Assembly (NCBI GenBank): GCA_965112735.1
Contig: OZ218960.1
Coordinates: 2,046,001-2,110,000 of the forward strand
From: Phaeosaccion multiseriatum
Taxonomy: Eukaryota > Protista > Ochrophyta, other classes
Length of the DNA stretch: 64,000 nucleotides
Reading direction: 5' to 3'
The notes beneath the pieces are model-generated. The model did not search any database. It worked only from the letters and a program-made list of their open reading frames with translations, and was not told the origin of the DNA. Position 1 is the stretch's first letter, and each line of letters begins with the position of its first letter. The position numbers were made by a program, and so were the translations under genes. This document shows positions 53,363 to 64,000 of this stretch, piece after piece.

Positions 53363-54616
53363 ATGGAAACAGCCTCCTCTTTCTTGCCCTTGTCTCTCTT
53401 GGTGAGCTTGTCTCTTCTCGTCGTGGTCAGAGTGGACTGCTTCGCGACTGGTGTGGTGAATAGCAGGGGGACGAAGACCAGAAGCAGCAGGAACAGCCGC
53501 AGCTTTGGAGCTCCCTCTGTAGCACCACGAGCAGCTGTCTTATTACCACACTGCTGCCATTCCTACACACGACTTGTTCGGCGTGGGAAAAAGAGGGGAC
53601 GAAGAGAATCCTGGCTCTCGGCAACTGATCACGTTCCACACAATGACAACGATGGGCGGCAGCCCGAGGAGATTGCAATTCGTGCGAGCCAAAGGGGCCA
53701 AGGAGAGCAAGAGGGAATGTACATCAGGAATAGTGGCGTAGAGAATAAGGGCGACGAGTCTGATGCGATTGTGAAGAGTGCTACAGGGAAAATCGACAGA
53801 GCTTTGCGCATGGTGTTTTTGGAGTACTACAGCAACCACGAGGTGGAGAGTTGCATCCTTCCTTTGCGGCATGTTGTGGACAATAGCGCACCCCTACTCC
53901 GAAAAAAAGTAGTGAACGCCGCGGAGCTCGCTGAGGTGGTGATTGCTGGTCTCCTGGGCCGGGCGGAGAAGATAGAGCTGAGGCTTCCAGAGGTGACAGG
54001 GGCAGGGGAGAGCGTGATGACGTCGGCGGCGCTGGGAACGCCCAGCATACGCTTAGAGCTGTGGTGGAGAGGGAGAGCCTACCACGTGTACGAAGATGAC
54101 ATTGCGGCCGTGGCGCGCTGGATGGAGCTTATAGTGGAGACGATGCGACAGACAAAAAAGTACGGATGGGCTGGTAGCCGAGACGAGGAGAAGGACGAGG
54201 AGGAACGGTGGGCAGGCGCCGATGCCATGGCCAGGCTGCAAGAGGAGATTGAGCAGCAGAGGCTGATGGAGACGGATGGGGTTGAGGCGGCTCAAGGCCT
54301 AGTCAGCCTGGTGTGCAGGGCCATCCGTGACGGAGTGGCGCCGCAGGCCATCATCACGGAGCGAAACATTCGGAGCCAGGACTACCAAGACCCTCTCTTG
54401 GCGCAGGCCACGCCCTCCTTCGATGACGACGAGGCAGAAAGCACGCCCATGATGGTCAAGAAGGAGCAATTCGAATTGCCTAAAGAGGGCAGACAGTCCG
54501 CCGAGGAGCAAGAGAGAGACGAGAGGAGGGCCGAGAAGTTGGCTTTAGACAGGCGGAGAGCACAGCTGGAGGTGCACCTCGTCGCGGAAGCCTACGCCTG
54601 GTGCACCCGCGAATAG
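53363..54616 (+). CDS. Intronless protein of unknown function with signal peptide (possibly plastid-targeted)
   Basis: 417-aa ORF; hydrophobic signal ending VDC-F followed by an S/R-rich stretch. Confidence 0.7.
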   Translation: METASSFLPLSLLVSLSLLVVVRVDCFATGVVNSRGTKTRSSRNSRSFGAPSVAPRAAVLLPHCCHSYTRLVRRGKKRGRRESWLSATDHVPHNDNDGRQPEEIAIRASQRGQGEQEGMYIRNSGVENKGDESDAIVKSATGKIDRALRMVFLEYYSNHEVESCILPLRHVVDNSAPLLRKKVVNAAELAEVVIAGLLGRAEKIELRLPEVTGAGESVMTSAALGTPSIRLELWWRGRAYHVYEDDIAAVARWMELIVETMRQTKKYGWAGSRDEEKDEEERWAGADAMARLQEEIEQQRLMETDGVEAAQGLVSLVCRAIRDGVAPQAIITERNIRSQDYQDPLLAQATPSFDDDEAESTPMMVKKEQFELPKEGRQSAEEQERDERRAEKLALDRRRAQLEVHLVAEAYAWCTRE

Positions 54617-54618
54617 AA

Positions 54619-55668
54619 CTAATTACACTTTGGGGCATCCCGAATAGTCTCTGCCAGGCTGCAAAATGTCTCCCAGTCCACTACTCTTTCGCCCGATGTA
54701 CGTGCTTCAAGACGCAGGGCCTCTCGGACGGCACCCTCCGTCACGTCCACATCCGCGCCGTAGAAGGGCTTGAGTGCAGAAACAGCTCCAGACACAGACA
54801 GCGCCTGCTCCTTCGGCTGGAGAGCAAGCTTGAATGCGACTCGATCCACGGCCTGTTGGGGGGGGGAAATCCATGCCTTCGTTCAGATAGAGTTCTCCCC
54901 ACACTATGAGCTCAAACTCTCCTCACTCACCTTTCCTCCAAACTCTCTGGCGATCCTGCGTAGGAGCCCTTGCCGTTGTCGCCGAGCCGTTTGCACGTGC
55001 GCCTGCTCGAGCTGGATGCGCTCCGCCCAGCTTGAGTCTGACGCCTCCACGTCTTCTTTCTGCACTGCCTCAAGCTCTTCCTGGAGCAGATGGAGTCGAC
55101 TGTACTCTGCCTCCTTCCTCTTTTGCAGGCTGAGATGCAGCCGAGAATTCCCCTCTTCGTGCGCACGCTTTTCAGCCTCGAGTGCGCGAATGGAGGCCTG
55201 TACCTCTCTTAGGCCCACAGTAAATCTTGGCGGAACACAAGAGAGCTTGCGCTTTGCCCCAGCGAGCTGCCCTTTCCTGGCCCCCACGCTCCTCGCAGCC
55301 TCCCTTCCCTCCTCGTCAAGCCGATCCTGCGCCTCCCGTATCTGCTCGTTGAGGAGTCGAAGCTCTAGGACGCGTTCTCTCATGGAGAATTGATCCGTCG
55401 CTGTTCTTTCATGAGGGTCTTGTGGAGCTACTGGAGCGGCGTGGTCTTCTTGCACAAACATGCCCACCTCGTGGCTCAGTGCCAACGTCTTTTGCAGCCT
55501 TTTAAAGTGCTGCAGCTCCGCCTCTGCCGCCCCCAACCGCGCCGATAGGCTCTTTTCCTCCTCCAAAAGCTCTCCCCTCTCTTGGTCGAGGGCGCACAAA
55601 CTCTCCACCATCATCTCCTTATCTGCAAACTCAGGTCCACGTTCATTCCATCCATCATATTCATTCAT
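54619..55668 (-). CDS. Coiled-coil protein (2 exons), C-terminus possibly EF-hand-like
   Basis: Long E/Q/R heptad-rich ORF joined in phase 0 (GGK|AVDRVAF) to the 54619-54852 exon. Confidence 0.7.
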
Positions 55669-55859
55669 TCTACCTAGTTTGTAATTGGGTAGGGGCAAGG
55701 GGAAAGGGGAAAGAAAAGCAAAAGGGCAGGGAGAAGAATGACGTGGGATGCCATCGCCCGTTACACTTTTCTTTTGTTATTTCAACTTCTCACACATTCG
55801 TCTTGCTCATTTTCCTTTTTTCTCCTCTTTTCCCGTATACCCAAAGTAGAAGGCTGCAA

Positions 55860-57098
55860 ATGGAGCCCCTGCATCGATTGCAGAACAGGAGGTTCAGGCT
55901 GTTGGGTAGAAAAGAGCTGTATGAGTGGATTGAAGGGACCGACGCCATACTTGGGTGCAGAGAAGCCAGGGCTCTGCAAAGAGAAAGAGAGAAAGCAGCC
56001 CTTGCGATGGCATCGTACTCCCTTTTGGTCCTGCGACGATGGCGGCGGTTCACCTTGCAAGCCCGACAGCAGGAGAGGAATAAGACGGCTGTTCTCGCTG
56101 CGGCTCGGGTGAAGAAAGGGCAGCGTGTCCTGGAGGTTTACAAGTCGGTCGCGTGCCGCCGAGCTTGGAAGAAATGGAGAGAGCTCGACGAGAGGGGGGC
56201 GATAGCTCTCTCGCGGGTAGGTCAGGCAGACGAAGTTTCCAGAGAGCGTCAGCCATTCCACTCTGACATGTGCTTTCTGTCTTTTCTGCTGCAGCGTATA
56301 CAAAGGCGCACTTTCGATAGGTGGGGGGCGTGGATGATGGCCAGACGGGAAATGAAGCAGCAGCGGGAGGACGCCCGAGCTCAGGCGGCTCAGGTTCTGC
56401 TCCGAGTATGGCAATGTGCCTTGCTTGCAGCCAAGTGGCAAGCTTGGACCGCGATGCTAAGCCAGCACGGGAGCCTTGAGCCCGCACCCTCGGTTGCTGC
56501 TCCTGCTCCGGAACCCGCATCCTCATGTTCGGCTCCTGCTCCTGCCCCTGCGGCTTTTGCTGCTGCCCCGCTAGTGGAGGAACACTTGGAAGAGCAGGAT
56601 GCAGAGACAATACCCGTTGAGGTCGGCCCTAAGAGTAGAAGAAAGCTCCTTGTCGAGAAGAGGGGGAGGAGGAGACAGAGACACTGCAGGTGCGGTAGGC
56701 ACAGTTGGCTCGCACACAAGTCGGTTTCTATCATGGAAACGTCTAACGCTCTGTTGTCTGTCTATTTCATGTCCAGGTGCGTGTATATGGTGGCAGAGGG
56801 CCAGCACTGCACTTGTATGCCGCTCAGCCACGTCTTGCACAGAGTGGAGGAGCTCCGTAGCCTGGTTACGTTCTCCCTTCACCAATGTCGTCCGGAGTCC
56901 GGGGCACTGTCAGCAGCCCAGCGCAAGCGGACTGCCCAAGCTGCCCCAGCGGAAAACGACTTGCGTAGAGGCGTGGGGGTTGCCTTGCATTGTGCTTCTG
57001 CTGGATCAAAAACGCCGCCTCGAGCTGTCCCAAAGGCAGCCTGCAGACGGGGGGGGAGGAGAAGAGAGCCCCCTCTGCACAGTATGACGCGCTGGTAG
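55860..57098 (+). CDS. Protein with SFI1-like (W..W/RRW) centrin-binding-type repeats
   Basis: LRRWRRF, RRAWKKWR, RRTFDRW, AAKWQAW; two in-frame GT-AG introns likely. Confidence 0.55.
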   Translation: MEPLHRLQNRRFRLLGRKELYEWIEGTDAILGCREARALQREREKAALAMASYSLLVLRRWRRFTLQARQQERNKTAVLAAARVKKGQRVLEVYKSVACRRAWKKWRELDERGAIALSRVGQADEVSRERQPFHSDMCFLSFLLQRIQRRTFDRWGAWMMARREMKQQREDARAQAAQVLLRVWQCALLAAKWQAWTAMLSQHGSLEPAPSVAAPAPEPASSCSAPAPAPAAFAAAPLVEEHLEEQDAETIPVEVGPKSRRKLLVEKRGRRRQRHCRCGRHSWLAHKSVSIMETSNALLSVYFMSRCVYMVAEGQHCTCMPLSHVLHRVEELRSLVTFSLHQCRPESGALSAAQRKRTAQAAPAENDLRRGVGVALHCASAGSKTPPRAVPKAACRRGGRRREPPLHSMTRW

Positions 57099-57152
57099 GG
57101 GGCCACGCGGCCCATCCTGGAGAGTGCCAACACCCCCTTCTCATCGAGGTTC

Positions 57153-58546
57153 TCAGTTTCCCCCTCCAAGGCTGAGGAGGGTGCTGAAGAAATCTCCTCT
57201 AGGCACACCAGTGGCTTGCTCGATGAAAGGCGTGGCGAGGAAGGCGAAGAGAGTGGCGAGAAAGAACGGGCCGGCTGGCCTGCTCCACACACCCGCGCAC
57301 CCGCACAAGAAAACAAAACACATGAATACAATGTGGGAGAAAGGTCTTGTGAACTTTCACGGCTCCAAGTCTTACCTGGTGGCCGCAACAATGTAGCTCA
57401 TGTACATCGTCTCGCTTCCGGCAGCATCAGCACCTCCTGTTGGGGCAAACACCGCATGAGGTCGAGAGGATAAGGGGTAAAGGATCTAATCGAAACTGCA
57501 AGGTGCGTCCGTCAGCGCCTGTGCGTTGGTTAAGGCGACCCTTCCCATCTTCATCCCTCTACTCTCATTAACTTACCGTAGCCGGATGGGCGAATTGCTG
57601 CAAGAGCCGGGTTGCGAACCACCTGTGAAACAACAACGAGAGATAGCCCAATGTCAAGGGAATTTGACCAAAACGGAGAGGCGGGCCGACACGCCAACAC
57701 AAAGGCGCACCAAACAAGTTACCCTACACCGCACCATTTCAATGGCTTCGTCCCTTCCGAACGTCTCCGCGAACTGATCAAGGGTGGCTGAGTACTTCTC
57801 CGTGTTGTAGATCATAACTTCGGGAAGAGATTTGACCTGGCCAAAGAGAAAGGGTGTGGGAGGGGAGAGTGAGCACCCGTGCGTGGGAGGATAGGTGAGG
57901 TGAGGTGATGAGTGAAGAGACTGACAAACATTGCTCCATTTCCAGTCCTCACCATCTTCAACGCATTCTCTGTACCGTAAACCGCTGCGGTATTCTCGAA
58001 TGTTTGCGCCAAAGTCTGTAGAGCACAGGGAGATGGGGGGGTTACAAGAGAAAGGAAGGCGCCTAGGGAGAGCCGAGAATCATGCCTTTTCAAGTGAAGA
58101 GAGAGACCAACCTTTTCGTCCACTTGGTATCGCTCCGACTTGCGGGAGCCCTTGTACTTCGTAAAGAGGCTTATAGCTTTTGCAGTGTTGCGGTGGTTGA
58201 CAGAGCATCGCAAGAGGAGGCAGGAATTGGAGAGAGAGAGAGGTTTGGTTTGTTGAGAAGAGGGCGTGGCGAGAGCAGACGGAAGAGGTGGAGACAAGGA
58301 AAGAGAGAGAGAGACACACACACACACAGAGAGAGAGGACCGAGGAAACTCACCCTCCTCGCACTCCGGGCTGTTGGTCACGGCCTTGCCTTTGCCTACC
58401 ATGGCTCGTCTCACCCCTGCCTCTTCCCGTCGGCCTGAATATTGCTGACCTCCCTGCCTCGCGAGGGCCAACCCTTGGCCTTGGAAGAAGGCCGTGGCAA
58501 GAGGGACATTGGCGATCAAGAGCGCATAGCAGAGAAGAGAACGCAT
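57153..58546 (-). CDS. Predicted plastid protein of unknown function with C-terminal TM segment; 7 exons
   Basis: Signal ATA-F; spliced AVYGTENALKMVKSLP, FGRDEAIEMVVRNPALAAI...YG, MYMSYIVAATRPAGPFFL. All phases consistent. Confidence 0.75.
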
Positions 58547-58720
58547 GGCTTCCTTTCTCTGTCCTGATTTTTTCACGCCATGCGTGGCCCTCCTCCCTTT
58601 TTACAATCAAACCTCTCATACCTTTTTTGCCCCCTCTTATTATTTCCCTCCCCCCCTGCCACACCCACTCTTCCATCTCCTCCTCCTCCCTACTGCTGGT
58701 GCTGCAGTACGTAGGGGTAA

Positions 58721-60290
58721 ATGGAGGGAAACTATGGGTCCTTCGTTGCATTATCCATGGAGAGGCGTCATCAGGTGTTGGCAACGGTGTGCAAGAGAAG
58801 CCACACCATTCCAAAGGAATCTCTAATCAACTTTGTCTGTGAGTTGCTGGAAGACGAGGGCGCGGGGACTGTTGACAGGGGCTCAGCCAGGCTCCTTCGG
58901 ACACTGTGTACCTGCATTGTTGCAAGGGGTGCGTGTACGAGGGGCAAAATCCAGAGAGCCTTGCAGAGACTCGAATCGGCCGTGGGCTCCGATGCTCGCC
59001 TTTGTTGGTCAGCTGTAGTCCCGGTAGCAGGAGCAGGAGGAACAGCAGGTCAAGGTCCAGGAACCACAGGTCCAGAAACAGCAGCAGCAGCAGCAGCAGA
59101 AGAAGAAGAAGCAGTGCGGAAGGGGGAGGATGTGGGCGAGGAGGACGCGAAGGAGGTTAGTAGAGAAGAAGAGGGTCCCAAACCGAGCAAGAGGCCCAGG
59201 CTCTCGCCCGCAGCACCAGAGGACACGAGCCATTCCCGCACGCATACAGACACCCTAGCGAAGGAGGGGGGTTCCGCCCTGCCCGCGCGTCCCGCGGCCT
59301 CCTCAAAAGCCGTGGTGGAAGTCCGGGAGAAGGTGGTCATGGCGTCGGCGAAGGGTTCCAACTCAGGGGACGTTCTTGCCGCGGCGCATGCTGTCACGTT
59401 GCTTTTAGGGGAGGCCATGGCGGGAAACACTGCCCGCGATGCGGACAGCGTTGTGGCGCTGTGTGCTCAGATAGGCTTGACGGAACGTGGCTGCTGTAGC
59501 GATGACGTGATACTGAAGGTACAACTACACTTACCTACTTTGCGCCCCAGTCTTCGATTTTGAGAATGTGACTACCTGACGCCATCCTCTGCTGCTGCTG
59601 TAATAGGTCGCGGATCGACTGGTGACGCCGCTCTTGTCGGGGGGCAGCTGTGACTTGTTCGTGCGCGGTGTGTTTCTACCGCGGTGTCGAGCGCTGACGG
59701 CTCCAGCCTCAAGAGTGCTTGTCACTGCCGTTTCGCACGTCGCCAAGCAGCGCCCCGATGCCGTAGTCAATGGCCTCATTCTGGCTCTGCTCTGCGGTGG
59801 AGCAGATGCTTTTCAAGTCGGGTCTGCGCAGTGCGAGCTCTGTACGCGAATGCTCAAGACCACTCTCTCCAAAAGGTACACGGAACCTGTTCTCTGGACC
59901 CTCTGCACCCAGCACTACAACGCAGGGCCTGCTCGTTCGGGGCCCAGTGGTGGCTTTAGAGCATCGGAATATGCTTCTGGGAGGGGTTCATTGCCGCCTT
60001 GCGTGTGGACGGAAGCGACGGTCCCGGTCATCACGATGCTCATCAACCAGAAAATGCCCCTCTCGGATGAAACGATGGAGCGTCTCGTCCAATGCATCGA
60101 GAGTTCGTCCGAGGTGCCCGAGATGCAAAAGAGTCTGAAGTTCACAACCCTGGTTCACAGTGTCATTACCAAGTACGGCCCACAGGCCCTCACGCACGCT
60201 CCGGTGCTCGAGGCCTCTCTGCGGCGCTGCAGCACTTTCATGGTGAAAACAGCGCTGGCCGCACTGCAGAGGCAAGTAAAGGGCTTCTAG
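58721..60290 (+). CDS. FANCE: Fanconi anaemia group E-like protein
   Basis: FLPR..LTAPASRVLVTA, GSAQCELC, WTE....VI, KSLKFTTLVHSVITKY, TFMVKTALAAL match the FANCE C-terminal domain. Confidence 0.85.
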
Positions 60291-61397
60291 TCGCGCAGCA
60301 GAGGGTGAGGAGGAAAAGCAGCGCAGCTGCAGGAAGAGAGGACGCAGGGTTGGCTACAGGAGGAGGGTGCAGCGGCTCCGGGAGGGAGGCAGGGAGGGAA
60401 GGAAAGGAGTGGGAGGGCAAAGAAGGCTGAAGTGAGTGAGATGGGCGAGCTTGTTGCTCTCTCATATCCGCGTGAGCGGGGTCGAAGAGCGGGTACCGAC
60501 GTCTTGGTCAGCTGTACTATGGGGAATTACGGCTTGCTCCGTCCAGCTCTGCCTCAGACGCTGCCACGACGCTCGCGTCTGCAGCCACGTCCGGAGAAGA
60601 ACAGACATACCCATTCGCTAGGGTGTCAAGCCGCACGTCCATTGTTGGTGAGTGGGCGTGTGAGGGGTAAGGGAGTGGGATGGAAGAGAGCGATGGAGAG
60701 AGGCCTTGCGAGCTCAAGGATCCGAATCTGTTTGGCGTTTTCTTCAGCGTTCAAGTGCCACAGAACGAGGGCTGGGGTGAGACAGGCAGAGATATGAGAG
60801 CTGGGAGTCACAGATAGTAATGTTCGTTCTCCGACGACATTGTGACGTTCTCCTCTGACGTCTTGAGCTTCAGTGTCTGCCAGGGGGCTGGCATCTTCGT
60901 CGCTTGGTGTGGGGGGACGCTGGACAATTTATGATATGGTCTTTGTAAGTATTTGTACGTACGATGAATAGAATACACGCGTGTGCAGACGACGGGAGGG
61001 GCGATGGATTACTCAGGCTTGCGCTTATAATTTGTATACATTTAACGAGCAAAAAGGCACTTCACATGTCAAAGCGCCCGGTGATCCGAGCCTGTGTGCG
61101 TACTGCTCCATGCTATCGTTACACATTGTTATCTCTTTCCTCTTTGCCGCCTGATCCCGACGGGCTCACGCAGCGACAAGGGGGGCAATCTCCTTCCGTC
61201 TCCGAAAGCCCGAACGCCACTTCAAAGTACTTTTATGGGGGGGGGGGGGGGTGGTGATAGTGGTGAAAGTGGTGGTAGCGGTGGTGGTGGTGGTGATGGT
61301 GGGGTGGGGATCACTCTCTCGAGGGTAGAGGGTAGATATGGTCCTCTCCGCTACGCCCGGTTTAGGGGTGGGGCGCCACGACATCAGAAGAAGGTGA

Positions 61398-62273
61398 TCA
61401 GAAGAAGATGGTCTGGTACTCGCATCTAGATCCGTAAAAGCCCTGGAAGCACTGGCAGAGGCCAACTCCGTAGTCGCAAATGCCTCGGCCGGAACAGTCG
61501 CGCCCCTCTGTCGCTCCGTCGCCGCCCAGGATATCCTCGCCGGAGGGGCACTCCTGCAGGGAGCAGTCGGGTCCACGATAGTACATATCGCAAACGCAGC
61601 CCACCTCCTTCTCAGCGTCCCAAGGGGCACTGTAGACTGCAGTAGCATCCGCTGCCAGCTGCTTCTCAGTGAAGCAGAATCCGTTTCCAGAGCAATCGTT
61701 GGGGCACACCGTACGCTCGCAAGCAATACCTTCGTATCCCTCGTAGCAAGCGCAGTCTCCCGTGCCGCGGTCGCAGGAGCCCTTTCCTGAGCACTCCACC
61801 TCGGGGTGGGCGTCGTTAGCTGCAACAGCCTCAGCTCCCCATGCAGAGCCCCTGCGAAGTGAGAGAGGGAAGGAGAGGGGATGATGGAGAGGGAAAGGCA
61901 ATTGATATCGTGAATGCGGATGCGCCATCACGGCGAACGTCAAGGCTACCCGGACACGACGAGAATCAGTTGTCGAAACGGTCACGTCTTCTCTTTTGGA
62001 ATAAAAATGCCATCGAGGTTCCCCTCCTTTCCTCTTGCACAGACCATGAGCCACCAGAGAGCGCAAAGATGGACTCAAAGGGAAAGAGACTTACTGTGGG
62101 CACGTGCGCTGCGAGCAATCGGCTCCTGTCCATGCAAAGTCTCCGTTGGGTCGCACGTAGCACGTGCAGATGTCGTGTTGACCGCACGAGCCGTGCCCGC
62201 TGCAGCTGTTGGGGCAGTAGGCCATGGTGCCCACTACCAGTGTAAGTACACACAAGACTACTCGAGCAAACAT
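61398..62273 (-). CDS. Secreted EGF/tenascin-repeat protein of the Sig (Sig3)/tubular mastigoneme family
   Basis: Signal peptide; [74 protein letters not shown]. One intron. Confidence 0.85.
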
Positions 62274-63658
62274 GGTGGTAAGTAGTGTGTGGTAGAAGTC
62301 TCCCACCGGAAAGGAAAGGGAGAGAAAAGGAACGCGTGGGAGCTGTAGGCCTTGGGTGTTTGCTGCGTTTCGATTCTTTGTCGTCCTTCTACTCTTGCCC
62401 TCTTGTCTCCTCTACCGCTCCTGCTACTGCTGCTGCTGCTGCTGCCGGTACTACTGCTCCTTGCGGCTTGCTGCGGCTCCTTGATGTGGTCCTGGTGCTT
62501 CCTGTGTCCTCGAAACGGCTATCAAACTTGTAGTCAGTTATATATTTGGATAAGGCAGTACCGTTGACAAGACGTAACGGTTTGGGGGTTCTAAGTCAAT
62601 GAACAGGCATATGGGTATCCCATCCCTCCTCCTTCTCTCTTTTCTGCCTGCCGTCGTTGATGGCCGACCCCACCAGCCTCATCTTCCAGCACCGCGCCTT
62701 CAACACCTCGGACCCGCTCAGTCACAGCTGCAGCGGCCGCCGCCGTGCCCCGAACGAAATATTTCTCAACGGCACCGGCACCAGATCTTCCTCTTCCCGC
62801 CAACACTCACGCACCGCTAGCACAGCGACCGCAGCATGGAGAGGCGCAAGAGGGGGACGAACAACTCCCCCTACTCATGAGCCGGAGGCCGCAAATCTTT
62901 CCGGCGCCGGCAGAGGACCAGCACGCCAACATCAACAACAACAAGACGAGGACGACGTATTGACAACCACCCCCACCCGCAGGGGCAGCACCCGCTCCCC
63001 GCGCCGATGAAGCCTGTCGCACTCCTTCCCTCTCGCCAGACTCCACCACCGCGGCTCCCACAACTCGGAACCACCTCCTCCAATAGGCCACCCCCTTCTC
63101 TTCTCCTTTGCCCTAGGAGGCACCTTCTCCCCACAGGAACCTACATAGCTGGGAAAAGAATCGAACAGGGCCTGGGAAGTATCAAACAGAGAGCATAGAA
63201 GTATCAAACAGGGCCTGGGAGGCTTCCGCAGGGGGGTAACTGCAGCAGAACAGAGGCAGTATTGCAGTCGCAGCAGTGGCGAGACGCCTCGGGGGGCGGC
63301 TGTGTTTGCTTCCGTCGCTCATCTTGCCTGGTGGAGAGAGCCTCCTGCGGAAGGTGGTGCGTGTGGTGCTCAAGGACGAGAGACTGAATCAACCTGTGCT
63401 GGGTATCGCTCTCCACGGGCATCAACGCGTCTCTGCTCGCCGCCCTCCGCCCCGATGCCCACCACAGCCAGCACTGCTCCCTGCTGCACCTGCACGCAAG
63501 CAACAAGCACCACCACCGCTTCCTCTCTGGGGGATGCGGGTTACTGGTGAGTGATGGGTGACACCAGGGGCATGGTGAGTAATGGATGACACCAGTCTCG
63601 TCGGTAGACTCGTTTTTAAGGAAGTCAGTGAGTTTTTAAAAAAATAATAATACACAAG

Positions 63659-63925
63659 TTACAATATCATTGGCGACACCTCCGCACTTGTGTCGAGTTT
63701 ACTCTCGCCTCGGCTCTTGGTACTGCATAGTTCGCGCCTAATTTCAGGAGTGATCTGGGGGTGGTGCTGCACCTTTAGCAGGTCCTTGAGTCTCTCTTTG
63801 TCGGCAGCCTTGATGTCTAGCTTGTAGCGCTGCGCAAAAGTCAAGATGCTCTGGTGCCACAGCACCGGAAGCTCTCGCGTTTCCTTGACGAAGCCCACAA
63901 AGTGGTCCACCAGCCTGTCGATGAC
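63659..63925 (-). CDS. BYSL: Bystin/Enp1 last exon (gene continues beyond window)
   Basis: VIDRLVDHF...LPVLWHQSILTFAQRYK...HPQITPEIRREL. Confidence 0.93.
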   Translation of the reverse strand, partial: VIDRLVDHFVGFVKETRELPVLWHQSILTFAQRYKLDIKAADKERLKDLLKVQHHPQITPEIRRELCSTKSRGESKLDTSAEVSPMIL

Positions 63926-64000
63926 CTGTTTGTTGCACACACGCAAGGGACAGGGATTGGGGTAGAGCAGCAAGGAAGGGGGTGTAAGTACAAAACAAAC

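Overview
Gene-dense, GC-rich, intron-rich eukaryotic nuclear DNA, almost certainly from a photosynthetic stramenopile (ochrophyte). Evidence: several bipartite signal+'AF/CF' plastid presequences, a fibrillin, and a Sig/mastigoneme-type EGF protein. I reconstructed about 25 spliced genes by hand from GT(GC)-AG boundaries and codon phase: PPCS, an MFS transporter with an inserted Sec14/CRAL-TRIO domain, a sulfotransferase-like protein, GalE, pyroglutamyl peptidase I, PEX16, an ankyrin protein, TVP15, a large plastid protein with a bacterial-type C-terminal domain, a ZnF/Tudor/TM protein, glutaredoxin, a TOM1-like protein, VPS52, a PRRC2/BAT2-like protein, fibrillin, TrpRS, PPAT, PDIA6, FANCE, a Sig3-like protein, bystin and several unknowns. 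Most genes sit in tightly spaced head-to-head pairs. The most striking observations are four. (1) The PDIA6 gene only reads through if a single-nucleotide exon and two 7-nt exons (the W-C-G of each WCGHC active site) are spliced in, and the introns flanking the two catalytic microexons are homologous to each other. (2) An in-frame MFS(N-half)-Sec14-MFS(C-half) architecture. (3) A plastid-targeted protein with a domain resembling bacterial/phage 'SCM...AR..RLL...D.VY' proteins. (4) An orphan PiT/PHO4 exon. All assignments come from motif recognition by eye; no database search was run.
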